Made by a program: the position numbers and the translations under genes. The notes beneath the pieces are model-generated. The model was not told where the DNA came from. It worked only from the letters and a program-made list of their open reading frames with translations, and searched no databases. Positions 24,612-38,653 of a stretch of DNA of 64,000 nucleotides are shown here, piece by piece (position 1 is the stretch's first letter; every line of letters starts with the position of its first letter). Source of the stretch: Catajapyx aquilonaris (taxonomy: Eukaryota); NCBI GenBank assembly GCA_000934665.2, contig JYFJ02001436.1:1-64000 (forward strand). Direction: 5' to 3'.

Positions 24612-27600
24612 TAGATCCTGATCACAATTTTCAAGCTTAAAATGGGGTTATGGCTTGTTGGGAATAAAGCAATTTCAGTGGTTTGCTGGAGAGAGAAGAT
24701 CACTTTTGTACGGAAAAAACAAGTGTGGATGGTAAATTTTGGTCCACTTGTGATTACAGCTGCAGCCCGTGTTCCCCTCTCGAACAAAATGTGGCGCATA
24801 CCTGTTTTTTTTAAATATATTTGAACGAACAGGTGTAGAAATATAAACAATAATCGCGGCTGTAGTAGGTTAAAGACTAAGGAACTTTTTATCATTAACG
24901 TAGCGTAACACACAGGTTGTCAAGGTAAATGTATACCCTTCACAAACGAAGTGTTACACTATGTTCCTGAAAACAACGGTAACGCAAATAAAAAAAACTC
25001 TGTTGTTAGGAATGCACAAAACAGTGTATTAATATTTTATAAACTTAAAAATGGATACATTATGAAAAATTAAGGACTAATTAGACTATACACATATCAT
25101 CAGCGGGATGGAAAATTGTTTCTCACTATCCACTTGGCCTCTACACAATCGTATTGAAACCTATCCTGGTTTAGACATTCGAGTCTATGGCTGTAGACGA
25201 GAAAGGGATCCTATAACTACTAACATATCACACTCTGTGTGTAGTAGTCGCTTCCTGATCCATGAAAAAAAGAATGAAATTGGGATACTCGAACAGCTCT
25301 CAAGAGACAAACCCGCATGTCGATTCCATCCCAACGAAATAAAAAATTTAAGAAAAGACTCTTGGGTAGAACGCATCGCCTATCTGGTTCGTTTTACCCG
25401 CTTGTAAGAAGGGCATGAGGGACTAAAAATATAATGGAGACAAAATTTTCGGGGCGTTCGTGGAACACTGGCCATTCGCAACAATTAACAAGCTCTTGGA
25501 AACACCCATCAAACGATTTTCAAACGTACCATTATTTTTTCCGACAACCTACAACAGTTGGATAAAAATATGTTATGATCTAGTGAATATACCTTGCAAG
25601 TTAACTGTGTTTGACAAGTATGAAAAAATAAAGCATGTTTCGCTAACAGCAAGGCAAATGAGGATTATTGTTGACAACAACAACTGGTCTTTTTGTGAAG
25701 GGTCTGAACCAAATCTTCCTCGAACGCCCCCACCTCCAACAACTGGCCAAAAATCGTTCCGAAATTTTTCCGTAACAATCACCCGTACGATTTGCATTAT
25801 CAAAGGACCCTATCCTGTCCCTTTCCGTAATTCATAGCCCCCATGATTGATTTTTCTACCTATTTTGTCATCCCCCTAGACCCTTCCCACCCTTGAAGTT
25901 TTGTCACTAGTTTTGTTACTGCATCGTCGCGTTTGTAAAAAAAACCCAACAGCACCATCGAGTAGAAACGAAGCACAAAAAATAAACCAATACAAAAAAT
26001 AAAGTAAAAAATAACACAGTCCCAAACACCGTCACAACACTTGGGATGGGGGAGGGAAACCTTACAAAACAAGAAATATAATATGTATACATAATAATTA
26101 TTATCTGGGAAAGAAGAAATGAGTTTGAGAAGGAACTATAATAACGTGCCGACGGTCCAAAAGATGGTGTCCGCCTCGGAACCAAAGCGCAAACTCTACC
26201 AACAATGGCGGCATCCAAGCCCGGTCCTTTCAGACCGTCAGCTCTAGACTTCTATTTTTTTTCTTCTTCATTATTTTTTTGAAACAAGTAAGAGTCGAAA
26301 GAGACAAACGAATGTGGTCAAAGTGGCAGCGAGAAAGAGAAGCCCGGTTCTCGGGCCAGGCAGCCATGGCACCTACAGTCTCATGCCGTTACCATAATAA
26401 GTATAATAACTGTTCCAAATCTGTGTCTGAAACGATTGAGGAGTAGGGAACCACTTGCTGGTGCTTGTACTGAGTATGAGAGAACAAAACAATTATATTG
26501 AAAAACAAAGCCAGTGAACTTTTACCGCCAAATGCATGAAACTGCATGTGTGTGAGTGTATGTGTACAGTACATATTTTTTGGTGTATGTAACGTGCTTC
26601 ATGCCTCGTTTTAATCTGCCGTTGCTGCCAGCCAGAGAAAACCGGGATGACTACTTAGAGGCTTACAATAGGCTACCAAGAATAGCCTATTAATGTGAAC
26701 CTGCCTTCGTCTGGCACAGGTTTACTTTCTAATCTATCGTACTTATAAAACTACAAAATCTGAAAAAATATCAACACAATCATTGGACTTTTAACACAAC
26801 ATAAGGGGTCTTATTGCACAACTGGTAGTAGAAAAATTACTCCGCTGCTGAGATGACACGTATGAAAACTTGTGGAAAAGTATGATTCTACGAAATACTA
26901 CGAACTTGATTATGTGTACAGTACCATCGTAACACAGTCTAAGATCGAGCGTAGAACTACGGTACGTCGTTCTTCCGGCTGCGACTTTGCCGTACCAGGG
27001 TCTGCACATTTTGTTTCACTTATTTCCCAAATAGATCAGCCCGATTAATTTCTCCAAGCTGACACTGCAGATCCATTCAACCCATCCACGCCTCTAGTTA
27101 TACTCGACCCCATCACACTCTCTTATCCCCCACAACAATGACTATATATACAGACCCCAGCTGGACAAAGTGGAGCAGGAGCCAGCTCTGTACTCCGGCA
27201 AAGTACCCCACTCCCTTTGCAATTGGCTACAGGATTTTCATCCACACACATTCATATAAAAGTAAATATATCATTAAATACGGAAACCACTGACGTAGAA
27301 AAGATAATTACCATTTGCCCAAAAGTATCAGTCATAGAATATCATTCTTTGATAACCATTCTTTTTTATACAAGCACAGTGAAAACAACGTATGTATATA
27401 CGATTAACACTCAGTAACAACATGTGCACCATTATCAGGAAAGCGTAATACAGTTCAACAGAGGTTCACAGTAAAAGGACCCCAGGGGTTACTTGACGCA
27501 ACTGACCACGAATGGGCTGCTATCATATCGACGATACCCTTCTGGGTTGCCTACTGTGCTTCTACACGTTATGTACCCTCCGGAGTTACATTCGTTCTCT

Positions 27601-30097
27601 CTCTCTTTCTTTCTCTCTCTCTCCCTCGTTTTTTTTGGCAAATTTTGATCCCTCGAGATGAACTGCTGCAATTTCTTTAGAAAAAAGTGACTAGGAATGT
27701 AACTCCTTGAACATGCTCTGGCTACGGTCCTGAAACATACATCAATACAAAATATATATTATACTGTATGCAATGATAAGAAAAATATGAATAGAAAGCC
27801 CCCGGAGTCCGCAGCCTTGTGGCGAGCTGCACGGAACTCGGTTTATAAACAACAACAACGAACTGGTTTCGCTTACCTTGCCGGCCTTTTCTGTCCCTCT
27901 TAATCCTGGAGCAACGCAACTAGGGATTATGTTTTTAGGAGAAGTATAGCAACCCATTCGTAGTGAATTTCGTCATGGTGGACGACGTCTGACCCATGGC
28001 TTTCGACAGACGTTCGTCCATGGTGGGATGGGGGGGGGGGGGGNGGGGGATTAGGGAGGTACTGGGTATGGGTACGGGTAAGGGTGTAGGTGATTTTACC
28101 TCGCATGTAATTATTATTATACTGAGATCACTGTCGCAATACTAAATTAGCCTACCACCTGCAAGCTTTCGAAAACGTTTACAATAGTACACCCAAATGA
28201 CTTTGGCAGTTATCTCGGGAATTACCAGGAGCACGAATTCCTCTAAAGAGAATGATTAGCTAGAGCCGAGTCCGGGATGCGACTTATCTTTTTTCTGGTT
28301 TTCTCTTTTTTTGCCTTTTTATGTATTTTTAAAGGGGAAAGCACCTTCCGCGACAGACTCGGACCCTCTCGGTCCTGTCCGTTCCTCCTAACTCTCCCTT
28401 GTACTTTTCATCGCATCGGGGAAGAAACTAACCAAAAAAATAATTTTAAAAAACGATAAAAAAGGAAACTGAAAATCCTATCACACGAACCCATGTTTCA
28501 TGAACCTTTCCCCGGGCGGACCATCTCACGTCCTACCCTACATCCACGTCAACAATATATACGTACACGTATATACGTAATAAGAAAGGTAGATTTATCC
28601 AGCTAAAAAGTACCGTTACGATAACCAGTTAATACTTGCTGCCTTTTGTAAATGTATAGGAGAGTCATGTTACATAGATATCAACGTGCATGCTAGCTGG
28701 TGCCTCCACAAGTACTAATCGTGATTACGAAGGACGTCCTGAATTTCTTTGTACCAACCTTTTCAAAGGTGTAGAGACGTCTGTCACGATTAATACTCCT
28801 GAACGCTCGGCAGGTTATGTCCAGCTCTTCTGAATTTTTTTTTTATTCTCGTAAAATATAAACTATAGGCTTGGGCTGGGCTCGAGCAGCCAAAGAAAAT
28901 TACACCAATTCTCAACATCGGAATAAGATTTCTCGTGAAAAGAACGAATTAACCCGACAGATGTCTCTCTTAGAAATTTATGCTGTTTTTGGCTGCGCGG
29001 GCATTTTCTTTTCCAGCTCAAGAATGCATAGCAATGTCACCACATGTAAACTTTGTTCTTGAAGACGGTTTCTACACCTGACAACCATACTGCTTGGCCA
29101 ACGTTGTTATCACCTATTAGAGTCCTACCGCCTGCTCCTAACTACGGTAGATCAGGTATCAATATGAGTAGACGAATTGGTTCCCGCATCGTCGATTGCC
29201 GGCAGTCGCAAGCTGTCAAGTCCAAAACTGGCTTCAGAACATTTTGTTTCGTGTTTTCGAACGACAAGAACCGCAGTTATTCTGTCAACAGTGGGAAACG
29301 TGCGATCTCGAGAGGTCAACAAAGAGGCTAGATATGCCGTGGCACATGTAACGAAGACATTGTCGTAAACTATAGAAAAAAAACAAGTTTGCAAACTTCG
29401 CGTGTGTTTCGTCATAGTCTCCTTCTCCTGTTTCAACAAATGGCCGTGTGAAAACCGCGAGGCAGCAAGACTATACAGTGACGGCTGGAAGATTGTACTC
29501 AATATACATGCTGGTGAGCGAGGGATAGAGCGCTTCCGGAAGGAGTCGCCTATATTCTGTGCGACTAGATTCAGTGCTGTGGTATCAACAATTTTTCTTT
29601 ACTCTCAATTCTTGCCTTGCGCCACCGCGTCTCTCAGTATATATCATCTGAATATATGTTATCTCCTCGTTACCTACATGAACAGTGCACCCTATGATTC
29701 ATACATACAAAGAAAAAATCCCCACGGATATCGGTCCGCAAATGGTGTACCTCCATTGTCACATCCAATCACATTGAAAAATCTTTCTTAATATATAGAC
29801 TTATTATTTTTTGTTTCTCTCAACTTGACTACTGATGCTTCGGAGATACGGGAATGAAAAGTTCCACCTGAAGATACTCTTCGACAGAGACGATCCCAGA
29901 CGACTAGATACTGCGGTAACAAGGTATAACGTTAATCTTTTGCCTCAGTGTAAAAATAAATAGACTATTCCTCCAAACACTTCGCATCGCTAGGCGAGGG
30001 GATAGCGGTCCCCATTTTTCTCTTTTTTTACTCTTTTTTTGTTAACTCACGAAACTATCAACGCTAGAAGAATTTGGCTGGTGATGATGGTGGGCGT

Positions 30098-31375
30098 TCA
30101 GTTAGCCACCAAGAGATGCTGATACTGGCCAGCCGAGTAGGGCATGGCGTTCAGGCCAAAGTTGAGGCCTTCGAGCAACGGCTTGGTGTCGTTCAAGCCT
30201 TGGGCCGGAGCCGATCCGGGACCTCCTCCGTAGAACTGCGGGCCCAGAGTGTCCACGAAGGGAAACTTGGACTGCTGTTGCTGCTGTTGTTGTTGTGTCT
30301 GTGACTGCGGCTGCTGCGGTTGCTGTTGCTGCGGAGTCTGCTGCGGAGAAGTGTTGGTCGGAGTCTGGCTGGTTGGTGGGAACAGATCAGCAGCCCCGAC
30401 CAGGCCTTGCTGGGGGCTGGCGTCGAAGACCGCCCGAGAGAACTGGGCAAATTGGCCCGGGCCCTGTTGGAAGAAGAACGGGTCTTGCAGCTGAGGATTG
30501 GGCGAGAGTGAGCGAGGCCTGGGCTGAGGACCTCCGAAGGCCTGCTGAGGCTGCTGTTGTTGCTGCTGCTGGCCAATGAACTCTCCGTTTCGGCTCTGGC
30601 TCCCGTTCTGGCCCTGATTCTGGTGGTGGTGATGGTGATGGTGGTGGTGGTGATGGTGATGAAGCTGCTGTTGCTGCTGCATCGCCCTCTGCTTGATGTA
30701 GTTGGAGAACTCGGTGGGCGACATGCGATTGGCGCGCTTGCTGCTGGTCTTCAGCTTAGTGCTGCCGAATTTGGTTTGGGCAAAGGTGGCCGTAGTGAAG
30801 GTGAGCGGGGCCGTGGACCTGGGCAGGAATGCTGCAGCTGGGATAGGGCTGGTGGACTTGGGGAAGGGTGGAGTGGGCGAACTACCATCATAGGGCGAGG
30901 CCGACTTGGGCGACAACGACAGGTTGCTCAGGGACGAGCTAACGCTCTCGATTGGCTTGAAGCACTGCGCCTCCGGGTTGAAGGTCTTGGTCACCTCCCG
31001 GTCTGTGGCCTCCTCCTGAGAGTCCACGTTGTCGCTGTACAGCACCTTGACAGCGCCCTTCTCCCCGATCCTGTAGCTGACCTCTCCTGGATCAATCCAG
31101 ACTGCCAGCTCCTGGGGTAGGTTCTCCAGAATGTCCTGTACGGGCACGCCGCTCTCCCGGGCAGCCCTCTCCAGCACGGGATCCACTGGGTCGCCAGTCT
31201 TCAGGCACCGGAAAGCCGAGCCCTTGAACGGCTTCTCCGGGTACCAGTGCCCCTGGAACTTGTCCTTCATTGACTTCTCCAGCTCTTCGCCGAAGATATT
31301 GACTCGTCGCCGGGGCAGCTTGTTGTACAAGTAGGATATCACAAAGTTCAGAGCCACTTGAATTTCCAAATGCAT
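30098..31375 (-). CDS. Tob: Protein Tob (BTG/Tob antiproliferative family; CCR4-NOT/Caf1 adaptor), 425 aa, uninterrupted CDS
   Basis: N-terminal BTG domain ([33 protein letters not shown]...[15 protein letters not shown]...[15 protein letters not shown]), PAM2 motif [10 protein letters not shown], Tob motif [20 protein letters not shown]-rich tail, C-terminus YQHLLVAN. Confidence 0.98.
   Translation of the reverse strand: MHLEIQVALNFVISYLYNKLPRRRVNIFGEELEKSMKDKFQGHWYPEKPFKGSAFRCLKTGDPVDPVLERAARESGVPVQDILENLPQELAVWIDPGEVSYRIGEKGAVKVLYSDNVDSQEEATDREVTKTFNPEAQCFKPIESVSSSLSNLSLSPKSASPYDGSSPTPPFPKSTSPIPAAAFLPRSTAPLTFTTATFAQTKFGSTKLKTSSKRANRMSPTEFSNYIKQRAMQQQQQLHHHHHHHHHHHHHQNQGQNGSQSRNGEFIGQQQQQQQPQQAFGGPQPRPRSLSPNPQLQDPFFFQQGPGQFAQFSRAVFDASPQQGLVGAADLFPPTSQTPTNTSPQQTPQQQQPQQPQSQTQQQQQQQQSKFPFVDTLGPQFYGGGPGSAPAQGLNDTKPLLEGLNFGLNAMPYSAGQYQHLLVAN
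30623..30661 (-). repeat. Coding poly-His tract (13 mixed CAC/CAT codons) in Tob
   Basis: Counted from the DNA; flanked by poly-Q tracts. Confidence 0.95.
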
Positions 31376-31660
31376 TGTCGTTTTCGGAACTGGATTGCTT
31401 TTCTTCCTGTTTGTTTACTTGGGTGGTTATTATAAGAAGAGAGGTGAGAGAATTGCGTGTGCCGAGATCGGGGTCTGTTTGATAATCCGAGTGGTTTAAA
31501 ATCTAACACTGTGGCAGTCTCCAGGTACTATACGTATATCAGTGGGAAGTAGGAGGGTAGGTAGGTGCTCTCGCCTTACTGCTTCAGCTCCAGTCGTCCG
31601 GAGGGCCTGAGACCAGTCTGAAGAGTTCCTGCAAGGACAAAAGGGGAGCAATTGTTAGCT
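31376..31660 (-). other. Tob 5' UTR part of the coding exon (31376-31628) with splice acceptor and branch point
   Basis: Minus strand ctaac-aattgctccccttttgtccttgcAG|gaac (AG at 31629-31630). No ATG in the 253 nt before the start codon. Confidence 0.8.
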
Positions 31661-34600
31661 ACCGTTTGGCAGACGGACAACATGATTGCTCCCAGACAAA
31701 TAGACATCCTCGCTGCTGGCGGTTTCCACACTCGCTCCCCAATAAACGACATGGCATTACCCAAGGTTATGTGAAAGCACATATTATTTCCCTATCTACA
31801 TGAAGGTGCATTCTTGATAGTTAACTAGGGAATGAATGGAACTCCCTGTCTGCACGCGATTTTCCTTCAAACAGATGCTTTGTACAGCGTCCATAAAATT
31901 ACTCTCAATGACTTGAACCCAGTCACGTTTTCCCATACTGTCATGCACTATGCAAATCCAATTCATAATCATTTATTCCCGAGTAAGCCTTGCAATCCGT
32001 GCATCCGACAACTCATATCTCATCCCTTATATAACATCCTGACTCCTCCCCCAACATTCTCTGCTTATACCTTATAGTGATATTCTAGTACTAGCTGATC
32101 AAAAAATAGCCGGACCAAATAATATTATCCCCATGTGTTCTATTTATTAGTGCTACGTCTTGAGTCATAACTCTCAGGGGATCCAAAAATGTGTCTAGAG
32201 CCAAACTCTACCACCTCGGTGCTATACCTACATATATTTTAGAAAGCCGACTGGATTGTTTCCAGAAAGACACCTCAAGGTCAGCTACTGTGTATGAATC
32301 ACTGTACAAGTGTACATTATTCTCCACTCGCTCGCACGTGATCCCATACTGTGTCTCCATATTAGCAAGTCTATATTTTAAAAATAGAAGAAGAAATAGG
32401 CATTACAGTAGATGGTACTGAAACATCTTCAAGGCGATTCGAATCACAGTACAATGCCTCTTTCCCGCTCCGAAAAGCAAGTGGAACGGATGGTCAAGTG
32501 AGAGTACAATTTCACTTAAACGACTACTGTTGTGTGATCGTGTGAATGGCATGAGCAAAAGTAAATCTTTTTGGAGCCTCTAGTGACGCACATTAATCGT
32601 GTAGCCTGTGACGAGCCAACCTTACTAAAAAAACACACACACAAAAGTGATTATCTACATGGGTAGGACGCAGTTGGTCGGTTGTTTGATAAATCACCAC
32701 AGGGGACATGTCAGTTAATAATGATAGGAATGGTGTGTAGAGTAGCTCATATATTCCTATCGCAGGAAGAAATTTGTTCAATCCCGATGGATCGTCATCG
32801 ATTTTGAACACGTCCCAACCCCCCACTGGCCCCGTTTCTACCTCCAACCCTCCAGCCCCCATGCCCTATACATAACGGGCTTTGCGGGGAACCTGCATCC
32901 TTCATTTACATGCGGCCCAGGATTAATTCGTAATTAAAACTGTCGCAAAATATGAAAAAACCACATCCCTGGGCTAAACACACCCACTGAATCACTCCTG
33001 CCCATCAAATATTGGCATCAATATATTTCTGCCACATTACAAAGAAAATCGGACCAAAAATACACAAAACGAACTATTCAGCTGTAGTTACAATCCACAC
33101 GGTAGTAGAAAAAAATTAGACCAAATATGAATTTTTCGGAGGTGTTGGATAGTGTCTGCTCAAATGTAATGGGGACTGGAGGGTACAGGCCCAGGATATT
33201 ACTCGTCCTTGGTGAATATTATTGCGGCCTTGCGATCAATAAATTGAGGCACTTGTGCTTTGTTAAAATAACTCCCTGCCCCGTTTCTAGTCCGGATTTA
33301 AAATTAGGAGCAGTAGCCATGCCGGTTTTCGGTCGGCAATTAAATCCACACGTTCTCCAGTAGCATTTCCATAACGCGATGTAAAGAAGAAGAAAAAAAT
33401 CCGTGAAGGTCGTGTTAACTCGTGCCAAAATTACGTAAATAACCGCAACAAGGTGAAGTTCCAGGCCGCCCTTTTTCCCCTTTTTTATTGCAAAGTACCG
33501 GTGTAACCTTGTCCCGCTTCAGACCCTTATTAATATTATCCGGGGAATATTGTCAGGAATGTGGGCTTTTACGATGTAATTTGTCTCGTGAGACAAAAGG
33601 TATTTTTAAGACAAAACACTTATAACGGGATGTTTCTAGGTCCGCTGCACAAACACGCACCGTTTTCTACTGGAGTGATTGCGAAGTATTTCTTAAGGGG
33701 CAAAGATTCCAAACCACGCTTCCTCCAGGTGTGCATGGTGCATGGTACCTTCAATTATTGTGCCACGCTCCATTCGTGGAGTGTCGCAATTTGCCTACCC
33801 CACTGCAACAATACAGTTGTTTCCGGGAAGTCGTATTGTGATCTAATTCAAAAAAGTGTTGTTGTTTTGTTATATCAGAAAATATCCGCCCCCCTTTCCG
33901 GATCCTAAGTAAGCAAAGGTCGCATATGTTTCAGGTGTGATAATCAAGGTGACCTTGCATGTGTTTCAAGGAGCACTAGTTGCGTTTTCACACCTTACTA
34001 CACGCACAACCCCATGCTAAAAATCGTATATATACAATATATTGCTCCATGATTTTTTTTTCCCACTGCCAAATAAAATAGCGACGCAATGGACCAATAA
34101 CCGTCGCGTGCTTGTCAAGATTCTCATATTGCATCGTCGCTCCCTATTTATGCCTCTACATGTGTACCCTCGTTTCGAAATCCACGAATAAACACCCTGC
34201 CGACACGTCATGTACAGCCGTGGCCTTAATTTTGGCACGCTCGGGGTCCTCCTCTCGTTTTTTATGCACACTATGGTGCATTAGTTTTGCACATAACGTT
34301 CGTTGCGGGTTGCTATTTTGGGGGTGTTCCGCCATAGCCCCCATAGTGCAGTTTTATATATGTGGTAATCTTCGAAGCCAGGGGTTATGTGCCGTGTAGG
34401 CTGCAGATATTCGAGTTATGTTGGATCCATGCCATGTTTGTTCATTTTTTTGTTGTTGTTGTTGTTGTTGTCTATTTGGGAAGTGGGTGGTATTTGTAAC
34501 GGAAGATAGTTCTGGCAACCCAGTTGGCAGGCCTCGGCATTCGGCAAAATCGATAGTTCGTCGCATAGCCCACCCCCCTAGACCCCCTACTGAAGAGGCC

Positions 34601-37600
34601 TGAAAGCAGCGCAACTCGATCCACTCAGGATTTCCCATTCAAGAGCCTCCATTACACTGGCATGTGGGTCAATTCGATACTAACGACCGGACGATACTTG
34701 ACCAAAATCGCTAATCGCTGTGGATACCAACGATCGTCATATTTACGTATTCAGGTGAAAGGTCGAGTCCCGTATCATTATAGTTTTGTTTTTTTTATTA
34801 AATCGCAGTAAGTGTTGCGTAACTGGCGAAATCTCGCGTGTTGCAATTTTCAACCAATGACTCTCAAGGTTAGATGTTTAGAGGTGGATAGTTGCGCTAG
34901 CAGGGTAAATATCCTATTCACCTGCGCCAGCGAAGATATCGCTCTATCTGGAATCTAGAAAATCACCGAGGTATCTCGCCGTGATGCAACACCGGTATTT
35001 TAAACGCCTGAGACTAATGGGCGTTCGTCTGGCGGCTTACGTAGTTGTTAAACTGTAAACTTTTGGGGCTGATCGTGTACAAATTGCGTCGGGTACTCAA
35101 CCGTGTAGCAACCTCTATACGGAAGGAAAGGTGTGACGCCAAATACCTACAGCCGGTGCCTTTCACGGAATTCAATCCGGTTTTATGCAACCCTCAAATG
35201 GTAGGACACTCATATTTTCGCAAATATTGCTATTGCCACGTGGCCAATTTCATCACCCCCTCTGGAACCGGCTTTATATATTCCAAATTTATGCGTATAA
35301 AACCGTACATTCCATATATTTAAAAATCATAAATAAATAATTAGCCGAATAAGTGGTATTCACAATGCCGTCAAATATTTTCTCTTTATTTGAATACAAC
35401 CGGCCTTAAATCATCCTGGCATGACATAAGGTGCCTCACATATCCTCTTCATTATTTTTTTATACAAATGATTGGGAGGCCCAGCAGTGGGTGGGGGGGT
35501 TAGCATATACGTGACGTTCGACTTGTCCACACAACGGTGTTAGCGTGCCAATTCCGTATTTTTAGCCGCGGGCTTGTAGGCCACCGCAGGGTGGTGCTGC
35601 TCCAAAAATAGTCAGATCTTACTCATTCCCTCGTGAAATTTTGAAAATACGAAAATGCCCTATTTTTTTCAAAAAAAAAACAACTGTATCCAACCCTCAT
35701 CGTCTCCGTATTATCAACCTCTAAGTACCTGACGTGTCATAAGGTGAACCCGGAAGGTATTCACGCGACTAGTGGATACCAAAAAAAACAAACAATGGTG
35801 TCGTGTAACATATTGGCACCAGTATGGGCAGTAACCTTTTGTTTTGTTTTTTCAATTACGATGTAATTTGAGATCCATTATGATACGAAGCTGTCCTATC
35901 CAGAAGATGTTTCGCAATTTTCGCCAAAAAAAAGAAGGCTAGAAATAAGCGAGTAAAGCGTCAGTCGGCACGTACCACGCGGATTTCCTCTTCAAACTGT
36001 GGAAATCAATCAACCGTCACTTCCTCGTCGTAACCTGACTTTGCAAAAATATCCCCCCTTCCAAAAAAAAAAAAATACCAAACCCTCCCCACCTTCCTTG
36101 AGCCTAATCGTACGCAAATAAAGTAAAAGTTGAATTCAGCTTGCCCTAAAACATGGCCATAAAACGCTGCTCCCCCGACCTACTTTATTATCAACCTTCA
36201 CTCGGTTCTAAAATCCATTTCTAGCCTTTTAACAAACCGACACGTGCAAAGTGTGCGTATGTGTGACGAACCTTTTCGCAGCAACACGCGTCTAATTTCC
36301 GGATGGGCGTCGAAAAAAAAAAAGCAGTCATAGACTGTGACGAGGTGAATGCCATCTTAACACATAAACTTTTTTTTTAAACCCGAGTTTTAAGATTCGT
36401 CCAAAAAATTTTTTTGTGCATCTGAACCAGATCTTGGGTTTATTTGGGGAACGGGTTTAAAAATAATCTGTTCTTGTTCCGCTCGCGTCACTGATGAGCG
36501 CTTTGGCATTGCGTAGGTCGCGGTAATCCAGTTTCAAGGGGGTATTACGACATCTAGAATTGGCCTTGTCCCTACAGCCAGCCATATATTTTTTTCATTC
36601 TTTTTCCGGACTAAAGAAGAAGAAAAAAAAAGCTCTCTTTGTAATGAAAGATTGTTATTGCGTGGAATTCTAAATGAAGCATGAATCAGGAAAAGTTGCT
36701 GAGCTTCGTGAATAAATTGCTTCATCGAGAGGTTGCTAAGGAAACGCGGAGAAGCTTTTCCTTACAGAACACACACACAAAAAAAAAATATATCGTAACT
36801 GGTCCGAAAAGTAGCTAATTCAAACCAACGCAACGTGAAAGCATTCATAAAATAGATCTGGTTTTTGAATGGAACTGTGAACGTCACGCGTTTTATGAAA
36901 AACCTAGCCACATTTCATTAAATGCAACTGAGCTTATCTACAAAAACCTAGCGTGCTTTACACCTTATCTTATATGAACACAATCAACTTTCTTGCAAAA
37001 TGTTTTGACCCGGACAATTATTTGTGGTTATTTTTTTCATTAGGATGCATTTTGGAAACTACTCATCATTATGATACCAGGTGTTACATGATTTTTTTGT
37101 TGCAAAAATGCCACTTAAAAATAACAATGGTTCATTCATTCAGTGTTGATAAGCAATCGGAACTGGAGGGCCTTCAGTGAAAAACGTAACGTGTCCGAAA
37201 TTGCAAACTGTCTTATCTGTATACTGATAGGGCCGGAATATCTCTCGAGAAAAAAAATAGCGCCCGTGTGTAACAGCGATTTTTAAACACGCGACCAGTT
37301 TCATTGTAAATTTAACCCGAACTTTTTATATATATAGGGTATAGCATAAGTGATGATATAGCCTCACAACATATGTCTGCATTATTACACCCTGTTGCAA
37401 AAGCTGAGAAACCTCGAATTCACCCGCTCTGCAAGGTCATAACTGTTCATTAGTCCACCTCCTACGTAACAATTAGCCTCGTGACTTATTACAATATTTT
37501 TTTTTAAGTCCGACTTGGAAGCTAGAAATGGGGGGAAGGGGAGGGGGGGAGCGTATAGCTTAGGTGAATCTGATTATGTCAATCGCGTTGGCTTCATTAC

Positions 37601-38653
37601 ACGAAACGGGCTCTTACATAAACATCAAGCAAGGATGAAGTGGCCAAGGTCAGAAGCTGGATATGCATAGCACGAATAGTAGTTTGGGCGGACGATAGTG
37701 GCGTTTAAATAATATCTACTCTAAAAAAATACTCTGTCGACACTAGGAGCTCACTAGGCCGCGGTTGATTTCGTCACAAGGAAAAAACACTAACAGGAAC
37801 TAAGCGTAAAACAGCCCATTGCAAAACCGGCACTTATTTAGATCAGGACCTACCGTATCATAACGTGCCCTTAGTACTAGCACAATTCCATGTAATCTAT
37901 TGAATACCTCCTCATTCATGCGCCAGCAAAGACTATTTACGACACGATAGTACCATTTTGCAAAAACGCTAAAAAAGTGCTTGTCCAACTTCCCGATAAC
38001 AATATCACCAACATATGGCATATGTATTAATCTGTTACGTAACAATACCTTCAGTCCGTACTCCTGGGTTGGGTAGTACCCAAGGCCAGGGTACACCTCC
38101 CCGGACGATACGGGTATTACGGGAGTACAAGCCACACAGGCCTCACCAGCTGGGTGTCCCGAATCGAACTGGCGCCTGGCGCCTTTTTCAAGGCCAATGT
38201 CACTTTCCCGCTCGTTCCCATGGATAACGATTTTGTCCGTCGGCACAGCACTGCACCACTTGCTATGAGGGGAGAAAAGGGGAGGGGGGGGGAGAGAGAG
38301 AATGGGAGGTACAGGGGGTGGGGAGATGCGGAGCTAACATGCGCAATACCGTCACCTTAATAATACCTTTTTGCTAGGACCTTGTGACATACTGGACTCG
38401 CGGCGTATTTTCAGTAGGCATATAGTCGTCGCTTTTATTTTTTTGACTACGTTGCACAGTGCCGTGTGAATGAATAATTTTTTTTCTCACGGTACGACNA
38501 AAAAAAAAAAAAAAGGAACCGCCACAATATTGACCCACTCCCGAAAAACCCTTTTCACACCCCCGCATGCGCACTACTTAAAACAACATATGTATACCAC
38601 CCCCCACCCGTTCCTTAAAAAAAAAAAGGCCCGGTATATTCAAATCTGCTTAC

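Noticed and set aside
30047..30100. Stop-codon readthrough of Tob
   Set aside because: TGA is followed by A, not the favourable C, and the short extension has no features.
30557..31120. 187-aa ORF on plus and other overlapping ORFs
   Set aside because: Antisense shadow of the GC-rich, repeat-rich Tob CDS.
34589..34610. Hammerhead-like CTGAAGA...GAAA (also CTGATGA at ~36491)
   Set aside because: No room for stem II at the first site and no GAAA at the second.
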